Assembly (NCBI GenBank): GCA_002189035.1
Contig: CM007990.1
Span: forward strand, 6,014,001 to 6,078,000
Source of the DNA: Utricularia gibba
Lineage: Eukaryota > Plantae > Magnoliophyta
Length of the DNA: 64,000 nt
Direction of reading: 5' to 3'
The notes beneath the pieces were generated by a model. The model searched no databases and was not told where the DNA came from. It was given only the letters and a program-made list of their open reading frames with translations. The position numbers and the translations under genes were made by a program. Below are positions 24,393 to 35,243 of this stretch, one piece after another. The first letter of the stretch is position 1. Each line of letters starts with the position of its first letter.

Positions 24393-25759
24393 ATGGAGGA
24401 AGAAGGGCAACAATCGAAATTTGTTTGCAAGTTTTGCCACAAGAAGTTTTCCTGTGGGAAAGCTCTGGGTGGGCACATTAGATCCCATGTGGTTGCTAGT
24501 TCAGCTGAGTCAGATGAGAGATATCAGGCGATTGACACGAAAATGAACTTGTTTCCCAAGGAGTTTGATGAATTTGGTGATGGGCAAAATGGTTATGGCT
24601 TAAGAGACAATCCCAGAAAAACAATGAGAGCAGCAGTTGATTCTAAAGCTCCTTTGTCTGAAGGGAGGATATGTAAGCAATGTGGTAAGGAGTTTAAATC
24701 TCTGAAAGCTCTCTGTGGGCATATGGCTTGTCACTCTGAGAAGGATAAATCTATTAAAGATGGTGGCTCTTGGAATAGTGAGAGTCATAAGATGGTTATG
24801 GATGGTTTTTCAGACACGGAATCTGATCGAAAGAAGCTCAAGAGTAGTAGATCATTCAAGACTAGGCAGCAAAAGAAATTCGCCCAGAGTTCGCCTTTTT
24901 CATCTGTTTCTGAGATTGATGGGCAGGAACAAGAGGAGCTTGCTATGTGCTTGATGCTTTTGTCCAGGGATCACATGCACAAAGGGGGTCTCCATTCATT
25001 TGTGGAGTCGTCTGATAACCACTCAGATGTCCTGGAGACTAAATCTTCATCGAATGAAACAGAGAAGTTGGGTAATATGATGGAGAAGAAGATGGAAATT
25101 AGTCCTTTGGATGTAGAGTTGGAGGATTCTGATTCAGAGTATTTCCTTGCTGACAGTGCAGAGATCGAATCCAATGAGAAATACGGTACTGAAGTTTGGA
25201 GGAAGAGCTCAAGAAGATTCGACAATGATCAAATTGGATACGGCAAGTCAGCTAAGGAGAAGGGGAACTATGAAGATGGATCAAGAAAAGGGAAGCCTGT
25301 GAAAACTGTAGAAGAACAGAGAGAATTAATCTCCAAAAGAAGTAAATATGAATGCTTCAACTGCAACAAGATCTTCAAGTCCTATCAAGCTCTAGGAGGA
25401 CATAGGCCGTGCAACAGAAGAAACAATGCTGATTTCGAATCAAGATATGGAGGCCTAGATGAGGATCAAACTGGCTCCAGAGATCATAACACGCTTGTTC
25501 AACCAAGATCCAAGAGTTCATCCAAAAGTCGGCAAGTGTAAAGCCGAACAAAGGCCATGCTTGCCCATTCTGTGACCGGGTTTTCAAGAACGGACAGGCA
25601 TTAGGTGGACACAAGAGGTCACATTTTATCACTGGCCATGATGAAGCCAGGAAAAGAACTCCAGTGATGAAGCCAGAGCTTCCTGATCTACTTGACCTCA
25701 ACCTTCCTGCTCCTGAGGCCGGCGAGTACAGCGGCCACAGCCAGCTGGTCTCTCAGTAG
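24393..25759 (+). CDS. C2H2 zinc-finger transcription factor (ZAT4/ZAT9-like, four fingers, EAR motif); one apparent 1-nt deficit
   Basis: CKFCHKKFSCGKALGGHIRSH, CKQCGKEFKSLKALCGHMACH, EELAMCLMLLS, C..C.K.F.SYQALGGH, and after a frame change near 25524 CPFCDRVFKNGQALGGHKRSH and LDLNLPAP. Length plus 1 nt gives 455 aa. Confidence 0.9.
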
Positions 25760-27028
25760 GTCCAAGATAAACTAAGGTTCTGCTCGAATCCCATCTTACA
25801 AAGATTTATTAACCATTTCACACTTGCTTGTTAATTATTTACATACTCGGAGAACAACATGAGCCTTGCATTTTCCCAAGGTCTGCTAGAATAAAAACTA
25901 GAGGAACATACAGTTTCTTACAATTTTGATAATGGCTGAGCCTAAACCTTTGTTTGATCAGCTCTCCTGTTTTCATTACAACTTCTGTTCAGACGTTGAA
26001 ACTGAACCAAACACGACTCCTTTTGGGTTTCATCCGTGTTGCTTGTGGAGCACTAGAAGTCAGCACCAAGGGAAGAATATTACATGACAGATCTCCTCAT
26101 TTCAGAAAAAGTTGTTGGGGTGCATTGCTTCTATGCCACAACCAAATCATGCAATAGGAAACACAGCAAGGTCCAAGAGGTTTTCACGATTGAGCAATGC
26201 AAATATGCGTTTCGACTCAAACTAAAGTTACTTTTTTGGGGAGAATGAAGGTGGGCAATGCCTCACTCACACCGGTTAAAAAATGAAGCAAATGCGTCGT
26301 GTGTGCTTTTCACTTTGGGGGTGACGAGAATACTTATCCACATGATGTTTGCCGCACTTTTCTGATCCCTTTTCTTTCGCATCACACACACACAAATACA
26401 CACTCTATGGTTCTCCTTGAAAAGCACTAGACACCATAGCAGAAAGATGACTGCTGGTTTCTATTCTCATAGAGCAACTTGGAAGGGCTCCTCCATCTGT
26501 TTATTAATTATTATTGTTATTTTTATAGATGCAATCCCAAAGATGTCCCGGGATTGATTTGATGTCCGGGGGGCTTTTTTGTCCATTAAAAAAAGGGAAG
26601 CCCGTTTTGACGAGATTCCCTTATTGGGGCGGGAAAGGGGTTCCCAGTCTAACTGTTTCTGTCGCGTTGGACACTTTCTCCTGCTAAAACAGTTGGACCG
26701 TTGTGACAAAAGATCCTCGTGGGGCCTATTCAAGAAAAGGGGAAACGTTCCCCTTTTCGGCTAAAGTTCTGGGCTGGGCCCCGGGGATGCAGGCTTCTGC
26801 TTCGTCAGGCCCATAAAGTTCTGGACTCAGCGCTGCCCGAGTGGGCTTACCAAGAAGCCCAACTTCAGGCTTCTTTTTTTCTTTTTTTAGTAATATTTAA
26901 TACATTATAAATGCAGACGGGGACAGATACGGAAACCCAGGCGTTGTTCATTCATTCGTATGAGCTGAGCCGAGCCAGAGCCAGGTTCGTTTCTTGGGAG
27001 TGAACGAGACGTTGCTGCTGTCTTGGAA

Positions 27029-27270
27029 ATGGCACACCCTCTGTTTCCCTCTGCAACGCCTCATCCCTTCACGTGTTTCCTCTTTCTTGTCATGCTACTA
27101 CTCTCTCGGCCACTCTCCACCGCCGCCTCCGGGACCCACCGATCGCAACGTCCGCCGTTCGTGCTCCAGCGATTCTGCCCTCCGACGCCGACCGCGAAAG
27201 AAAACGCCGACCCGAGATTCGGCGTCGATAAAAGATTAGTGCCCTCGGCCCTAATCCCCTCCATAACTGA
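27029..27270 (+). CDS. CLE: CLE9/CLE10-type secreted peptide precursor; one apparent 1-nt deficit inside the CLE motif
   Basis: Hydrophobic signal peptide, then DPRFGVDKRLVPS. Adding one G at 27247-27248 gives GPNPLHN* exactly, i.e. the dodecapeptide RLVPSGPNPLHN. Confidence 0.9.
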
Positions 27271-27809
27271 AGAGAAGACGAGCTTCTGATCCCATTCTTT
27301 TCTTCACCGGGTATTGCTGTTTCTTGATTTTTCGAATTGGTGTACCTTTCGAGGCGGATCATTTCCACACCCTTTTATCCCCCAAGGAGGAGGAAGACCA
27401 TGCGGCGGCGGGGGACGGTGTGGAACAAGTAAAAACGGGTTGGAAATAGCTCTCCCTCGCGCAATGCGGGCTGCTGTGTTGTATTGAATTCGTTCCCGTG
27501 TTGTATGTGAAGAAGTTCAGTAATCGATTCCCATGATTCTCATAACCAACCTTCTCACGGACGGGGACGGGGGACAAAAGCGTCTTTTCATGCAAAATCC
27601 CCGACATTTATTCATGTACGTATTTACTATTTATACACACACGTACGGATCAACACGTGAAGTTACAAGCTGCAGGCCTGGATATTGGGCCTCAATGAAT
27701 TGATGTGGCCCAATGCTATGGGGGACGAGACGACGCTTCATGAGGAGGAGAACCGCTGGTCTGTTAGCAGAAACTTGTGGGTGGTCTGAGACGGTTTTCG
27801 CCGGTGCAA

Positions 27810-29644
27810 ATGCGGTTGAACACTTTGGCAGCCGGCGGCGTTCATTGTGTATCCAGCTATTCGTCGAGAAATTTGTGTGGTGCGAGAATTATTCTGGGGA
27901 CTGAATGTCTGTGTCGCTGCTCTGTCTCCGAAAAATTCCGATTCAAGGTGGTGGCCCTATCGCGAAGTGCTAGGGTTTATGCCGGATGGGCGTTCGGAGA
28001 GAGTGATAAGCGGTCGAATTTTGATGCGAGCTGTGAACACAGTGAAACCGCGAATGAGGATATTTTGATGTTTTTCTATGAGCTGGATTTGGCGACTCGT
28101 GTCCAGGTTGAAAAACTCACCGCTCAGATTTCTATAAATACCTGAATCAGATGGATGATTTCTTTGGTGTATGTATTGCAGTATGCTTTGAACTTGGAGC
28201 AGTATGATATTGCTCGACAACTGAGGAATAAGTTAAACGAGGTTTGGTTCTGATTTCTTAACTCAATGAACCGTGATACGTGCCTTGCATTTCAATTCCC
28301 CCGAAGATTCCTGAAAGCTTTGATTGTTTGAAGGTGGAGGCCGAGGTTATCAAGCTCAGGGATATGCGAAGGGGTACAACTCCCAAAAGCGATTCTCAAG
28401 ATATGGCTATAGAAATCTTGCGTTTACGGTAGCAAGTTGTTTGTGTCATGGACTTTAGGATTGTTTAACCCAGAGAACTTACGTATCATGGTTTCATTTG
28501 CTGCAGTGCAGATCTGCAGACTGCAGCTGAAAATGAGAATTACAAATTAGCTGCCGAGTTAAGGGATGAAATTTCCAAACTGGAAGCTAAATCATTGGCC
28601 GCCTCCGCGAAAGCCCAAGCCTTTACAAATGCAAATTATGCTTTTCGGTTGGGGCAGAAGGTGAAACATAAGTTATTTGGTAATTCCTCACTGACCCTTT
28701 TTGTCTCTGAGGGTATGTGAGGTTTTTTATTGAAGAAAAGTTGGTGAATTATCAAAAGAGGTGAATCGTGATGACCTTCCTTTTTAAGAGCTAGAGGTTG
28801 ACAGCATGATTTCCTCGAACAATGTGTATCTTAAAATTGAAGTGTTAATGAGTTTCAGTTAAGCTTGGTCACTACACCATTCCTGATCTTCCTTTGGCTC
28901 CCCTAGTTCATGAGATGAGAGTTCAATTTTCCGCAATTTCTTGGGTCTAGGGTATCAAGCTGTTATTTGTGGCATGGATCCAGTTTGTTGTGAATCGAAG
29001 TCATGGATGGATGGTGCCAATGTTGAAAAGCTAGTCCGTGGCCCTGGCCAGCCCTTTTATCAGGTACATCCGGAAGGTTTGATGCACTGTCAAACTGATG
29101 CAATTTGAGCATAGGAGATTTCCAGTCTGAAAAGAAAGTCTCTTTAAAACCCTGCTCCGGTTCCATCTTCTTGGCTTGGCTTGATGCATTGCCCTGGTTC
29201 ATTGCGGCATGTTATTTTGTATAACAGTCAGTACATTTGGCCATCGCTTTACAGGTTTTGGTTGATGTCCAAGAAGACCCCAATCTTTTAGTGGCATACG
29301 GTGAGTATATACATTCGTGCGAATTTCCCCTCTATTCTTCACAAGCAACTCATTCCTTTGATTCATCACCCTCAAACTATACTCTTGCAGTTGCAGAGGA
29401 GAATCTAGTGCAGGCGGCTGAAAACAACACGGTTAGAAAAATCCGATACTTTGTCATCGTTTCTACTGATATAACCTCACAGATTCATTGTGGGAGGTTT
29501 CAGGGCAGATTCAACCATCCATATACCTCATTCTTGTTCTATGGAGTGGATTCTGGTGGCGACTATATTCCGATTAAGCAGCTTCGCGAGAAATATAACC
29601 AACCTCGCCATGAACTGCCTAACGAGGATCAGGAGAGTGAATGA
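27810..29644 (+). CDS. CLPF: Chloroplast Clp protease adaptor ClpF (UVR + YccV domains); 8 exons
   Basis: SETANEDIL.FFYELDLATRVQ, ALNLEQYDIA.QLR, ENENYKLAAELRDEI, FRLGQKVKH, GY.AVICGMDP, QPFYQVLVDV and RFNHPY. All exon junctions were traced in frame. Confidence 0.92.
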
Positions 29645-30155
29645 AAACACTGCTGACAGATGATGTATTTACATGGTTTTAGAAGACGGGCAATGTGTAT
29701 TCTCCGAGCCTGTAATGTTCGCAACCAGACAGGCGCAGTTTTGCCGCCTGTAACCTCGATATATTTGTTATTAAGGTTGTTCTAAAGGAACTAGTCACCA
29801 TAACGTAGTTATCAAGGATTCGAAAGGTTCAGTTAAAGCATTCTTTATACACATTTCAAATGTACTTGTATCAGTCAGACATCACCATAAGTCAGAGCAG
29901 CATCAGATTGATGCTCCGGCAGCCGGAGACATTCGCCGCCGCATGCTCGCGCAAAGCATTGCAGTACACAAGACAAAAGGACGGAGGAGTAGAGGAAAAG
30001 CTTGAAAGATTCTTCAGTAGATACTCTTGCATTTATCACGCATCATGAATGATTAGTAATAAGTTGCGTCTTGTCTCTTGATGGTCAGATAGCGCAACAA
30101 CACTTTCCAAAATTGTATGGCGTGAGATCAGTCTCGCTACGACTTCTTCACCACA

Positions 30156-31477
30156 TCAGGTTTTCACCCTGAAATGGTTTGCAGTTTCTAATGGCTTGTT
30201 GCTGTCATTCCTAATCCTCTTCACATTGGGACTCATCAGCCCTCTGTGGCTATACCCCAGCATTCTCAAGATCTGATTATCAGCGAAGTTGAATGCCTTC
30301 TCCATGCTCTTCAAGCATCTTGCCAACGAGTGATCTCTGTATCTGTATCTGTCTCCTCCTTCACGGCACACTGCACATCCCACAAAATGGGTCACAAAAG
30401 GCCAGCCATCACGCCTCTGAATCCTATTTCCTACAGGCTCCTCCTGCTGATCACTGGCCCCTCCCAATACCCATGCAAGTAGTAAGAACTCTCCAAGAAC
30501 ACCTTATCTTTCCATTTATCTCTGTTTGAACTCAACAGGTGTATTAATGCTGATTGATCATCCGCTTCAAAATCCGGTCTCCCCTTCAGATTTTCCGTCA
30601 GTATCTTGCCGGCTTTTTTGCGGACGGGCCCCTTCGGTCCCATTACCGCCCAAGAATCAAGCAAATCCAATGACCATTGACAGTTTCGCAGTAGAAAGCT
30701 TCCTGTGTTGACAGCCATCCATGACTTCTCCTCAAACAACAGATGATGGTATCCATGTACAACCAAGTTATGCTTCACGTATTTGGATACTGGAATCTGG
30801 AAACCCATATCCGTGAAAAATGCATCACTGTCAACCCACCATAGCCATTCGATTTCGGGGTGTGAGATCATAAGCTTTCTTATGACAGGGAGTTTGGACC
30901 AGCACCCTGATAAGGCCTCGTCAAGATTAGCCATGCTGTAAACAATCTCGATACCATGTATTCTGCAATAATCGACCTTATTCTTGATTGATTTCAGCAG
31001 ATAGTAATCAGCGATGGGATAGAGGCACGGATTCGGTTGTGACCCGGTAACAAGCAGGATTCGAGGCTGCCCATTGACGTTGCTCGGGAAGCCTCTGTTT
31101 TCACGGAGCCATCTCCTTCTTGATCGATCCCAGTCTCTGATCTTAGGCCCTAATGTATATGTTTCATTGGAAGTGATGATGGATTCATCGGCATCATTCT
31201 CGTCGTAACCTGATCGAATTTCCGAGATGATCCGATTGATCTCCGGGTTCAGTTCGGAGTGCGGGGAAAAGTGTGTTGTGCCGATGGTTCCTCTGAAAAC
31301 AAGAACCGTGATGATGCCACATAGAATGGTGATCTTGAGGTTGGTGCAGGTCTGCCCGGCTTGTGGTCGCCTTCTCGAGGCGAAGGCTGCCGCTGTCCTG
31401 CCGCCGTTCCCGGAGGTTGTCGGAAGACCTCCGGAAGCCGTGGAGCTTCTCTTGTGGCCAATGCATTGTGCCATCAT
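30156..31477 (-). CDS. GT34 glycosyltransferase (XXT3/4/5-like), single exon; one apparent 1-nt deficit
   Basis: KITILCG..T.LVFRGTIG, LLKSIKNKVDYCRIHGI, WSKLP.IR.LM..HPE.EW.WWVDSDA (DxD), FEADDQSALI and WPFVTHFVGC after a frame change at 30458-30461. Length plus 1 nt gives 440 aa. Confidence 0.88.
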
Positions 31478-31861
31478 TCTGTTGCTCGAACGTCGATGGA
31501 TTTGGAGTTTGGACATGAGAGTTTGTACTATTTGTCTTCTTTTTATTTATTTTACTTGTATTTTCTCGGGAGCAATAAATACAAGGAAAAAGAAAAGGAC
31601 ATGGTGCCTCTGACCGAACCCCCCAAGGTGTCAATCCGCCCGGTCCTGGAAGTCGTCGTGGTGCCTGAACCGACTCATCTACCACCGATTCTCTAGGCAT
31701 CGATCGCAGTCAACTCGCCGGTTGAATTTCGATCTCAGGAACTCACAGGCCCAAGGTATGCTGGATGAGCCGAATTTTGCACGTACGCTTTTTAGGGTTG
31801 AATTGCGTTGGTGATCTGATTCTGTGTGGCTGTATGGATCAGCAGTCGGTGTAGGTGGAAG

Positions 31862-33000
31862 ATGAGCCAGGTTTATGAAGGATATGAAAGGCAGTACTGC
31901 GATCTGTCGGCGAATTTGTCGCGGAAATGCAATTCCGCTTCCGCTCTTGCCGAAGGAGGTAGGATTCGCTTGCTATTTTTATGAACATGGAATGCTGTGG
32001 GTTCAAACACTGCAAGCTTTTAGCCATCGATTTGCTTCTTTTTTTTTTTTTTTTGTTTTGAATCGTAATCGATTATGATGTTATTATTGTAGTCCTGATT
32101 TTGGAAAGGGAAGATTTAACTGGTGCAAGATTGGTAGATTCTTTGGGTAACAAAAGTCATGATCTCGAGTTTTTTTGATTGTATGCAGAGAAGAAGAAGC
32201 AAGAGATTTCTGAACTGCAAGTTGGGCTTGATGAGGCGGATACATTGGTAATCCCGTTATTCTGATTTTATTTTCAAGTACACGTAGCATTCTAAAGCTG
32301 GATTTCAGATTAAATATGTTGCTGTTTGCGTATGCCAGATACGAAAAATGGATCTTGAGGCTAGAAGTCTGCAGCCCAGCCTGAAAGCCACATTACTTGC
32401 AAAGATCAGAGAGTACAAATCTGATCTGAATAAGTTGAAAAAGGAAGTTAAGAAACTGACCCTCTTGAATTCCTCTCCGTTGCTGGAGCCTGACATGGCT
32501 GGTGCACATGAGGTATGCACATGTACACTCCTCAGAGATTGCTAGAATCGCCATTTCTGCCAAAACTTTCATCCGGAGGGTGTTCTTTCTAGGCATCTGC
32601 AAATCAAAGGGAGCGGTTGCAGATGTCGACCGAGAGGCTGAATCAATCAAGTGACAGGCTAAGAGAGTCCCGAAGGGCTGCATTGGAGACAGAGGAGCTT
32701 GGAATTTCAATTCTGGAAGATCTACAGCAGCAACGCGAAACTCTCCTGCACTCCCACACCAAGGCATCTCTATCACTTACACATGTATACATACAACTGG
32801 GGTAGCAACATACAAAGTTTATATGACTGGTTTGTGTGTGTTTGCAGCTCTCGGACGTCGACAGCGCCATTGACAAAAGTAAAAAGGTACTGACCTCCAT
32901 GTCTAAAAGGATCGGCAGGAACAAGTTGATCGTGGGATCCATAATCGCGGCTCTGGTCGTCGCCATCCTCCTGATCCTCTACTTGAAGATTTTTCACTGA
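31862..33000 (+). CDS. VTI12: Qb-SNARE of the VTI1 family; 5 exons
   Basis: YEGYERQYCDLS.NL, IRKMDLEARSL.P, REYKSDLN, LETEELG.SIL.DL.QQRETL, and a C-terminal transmembrane helix. Confidence 0.88.
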
Positions 33001-33122
33001 TCCGAGGTATCTATGCTTATGTATACAACGCTGAACTTGATTGGCAAACAAGGAACCCCTCTGATTCGCTTAGTGTTGTATATGGTGTGTGATCTGCTTT
33101 TCGCCATCAATCATTTGTTGAA

Positions 33123-33365
33123 CACGTGGATCAATGCATTGGGTTTTGTATGGGCAGAAGGCACCCACAGATATCGGAAAACACTCCTCACCAAGTGACG
33201 CTAATCCACATCATTAAAGCTCCCGAAAGAGGCCTTGGACTTCATTAATGGATGGCCTCACGCCACTCCATTTCGTCAGTGTGAAACAGTAAAAAGATTA
33301 GCCGACGGATGTGGTGATCGCAAAGGGAAAAAGAAGAAAAAAAGGATGTGGGTATTGGGCACGTG
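33123..33365. promoter_or_regulatory. Two G-box/ABRE elements upstream of the NAC gene
   Basis: CACGTG at 33123-33128 and 33360-33365, plus TATATAA near 33621. Confidence 0.4.
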
Positions 33366-33696
33366 GGTTTTTTTGGCGTACGACCAACGCAGCCGCCACG
33401 CCAGGTGTCCAGCTGCAGAGCAAAGGTGGAGATGGGGACCAGCTTTATCCATCCAGATCCAAACTGGGGTCAAATGGAAACGTGCAGCCGAAGACAGGAT
33501 ATGATTGACGGGACGCCAATTATTCCTGGGCACGAAGCTGCATACGAAGAAGCCCTCCCCGCAGATTCGCTCATCCATTACGTAGTGCTTTTCTACGGTA
33601 GGTGAAGCCGACACCTTGTCTATATAAGCCACCCCTCTCTCTGTGATCCTCCATTTGGAACTTGAAACTCCTTCCGGGAGCAGGAGCTCAACCTCA

Positions 33697-34657
33697 ATGG
33701 ACGGGAAGATGACTTGTTCGGGTCTGCCGCCGGGTTTCCGGTTTCACCCTACCGACGAGGAGCTGATCGTGCATTACCTTCGGAACCAGGCGATGTCGAG
33801 GCCCTGCCCAGCATCCGTCATCCCCGAGGTGGATATCTACAAGTTCGATCCATGGGATTTGCCAGGTTAGCGCCCCCAAACCATTGTGTTAGGAAGGGGG
33901 GGAGGGGATTATAGCTGTATACTGAACCCGGCCGCCGCACGGGGGGTTTTCTTGTGCAGACAAAGCCGAGTTTGGAGAGAACGAATGGTACTTTTTCACA
34001 CCGCGCGACCGCAAGTATCCGAACGGGGTTCGCCCCAATCGGGCTGCGGTGTCGGGCTACTGGAAGGCCACCGGGACCGACAAGCCTATCTACAGTGGTT
34101 CCAAGTACGTTGGGATCAAGAAAGCGCTGGTCTTTTACCAGGGGAGGCCACCAAAGGGCACGAAGAGCGACTGGATCATGCATGAGTACAGACTCAGCCA
34201 ATCAACATCTCGAGCACACATGCATAATGGATCCATGAGGGTATGTGTCATCCTTCTATCTCATCCAACACATCATCGCACCACACGCTCCTGACTGAGT
34301 TTTCTATGTAAATTTGAATTCCAGCTGGATGATTGGGTGCTATGCCGAATCTACAAGAAGAAGAGCGTCGCGCGACCGTTGGATCACGACACCGGCGAAG
34401 ACCCAACGCCGCAGCCGGTGAAGGATGCGAACGAGCCCTACAAGTTTCCAAGGCCTTGCTCCTTGACTCATCTCTGGGAGTTGGGTATCATGGGATCAAT
34501 ATCCCAGTTCCTGAACGACGATTCATTGCCGTTCAGTCCCCAAGCCGCGCTGGCGGGGCACCCTCCGGGCGGCGACATGTTCCAGGCGGCGCAAGTTCAG
34601 CCGCCGTTGGTGGCCGATGGCTTCAACTTCCACCAGATGTACGACGGGTTTCAATGA
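33697..34657 (+). CDS. NAP: NAC transcription factor, NAP/ANAC029-like; 3 exons
   Basis: [67 protein letters not shown], and the NAP-like C-terminal [10 protein letters not shown]. Confidence 0.9.
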
Positions 34658-34961
34658 GGATCAAGAAGACCAAACGCCGTCGCGTGGAAGGGTAGAATTG
34701 TAATGTACTCTTTCTCCTTCTTTGCCGTTTAGTTTAGGAGTGTAGGAGGAGCCCTTACCTCTGTAGATTCTTTGAATTCCTTCAAAGCCGCCGGTCCTTA
34801 CGGCGATTCGATGACCGGAAAACACATAGAAAAAGTCAAAGTCTAATGAAGCCTAACCTAACTAACTAGCAGGGGCCTGGCTCCTGGTTTTGTACGTGTT
34901 TCCATCAACAATTCCATGACCGGGCCGGGCCGGGCCGCACGTGGTAATGGCCCCAGAGGCG

Positions 34962-34978
34962 CCCCCCCCCCCCCCCCC
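34962..34978. repeat. C17 homopolymer
   Basis: Read directly; the true length is uncertain given the C/G-run errors elsewhere. Confidence 0.8.
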
Positions 34979-35243
34979 AACTCGTATCCTGCCAAATTCT
35001 CAAGCCCCTCCCTCCTCAAAATGTAACTCATGCAAAAAACTGTTGTTCCTCTATACATGGATAAGGCACCACTTCCGAGCACCAAACTAACCTTGTCAGT
35101 GAGTGCTACATCAGCAAAAACAGGCTCCCGTCTGCATCTTTCTCAAGATTCAGCAGATGCACAACTGCTTTAGTTGAGTCTTCTTTTTTTTTTAACCAGC
35201 CTCGCCTCGTCTGGTCATCATCATCATCAGTGATCATGGTTGG

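Noticed and set aside
27777-27812. ClpF lacking the familiar MVQ start (CCG GTG CAA ATG)
   Set aside because: An ATG two codons downstream still gives a plausible transit peptide, and an in-frame stop at 27765 excludes a longer N-terminus. Ordinary drift.
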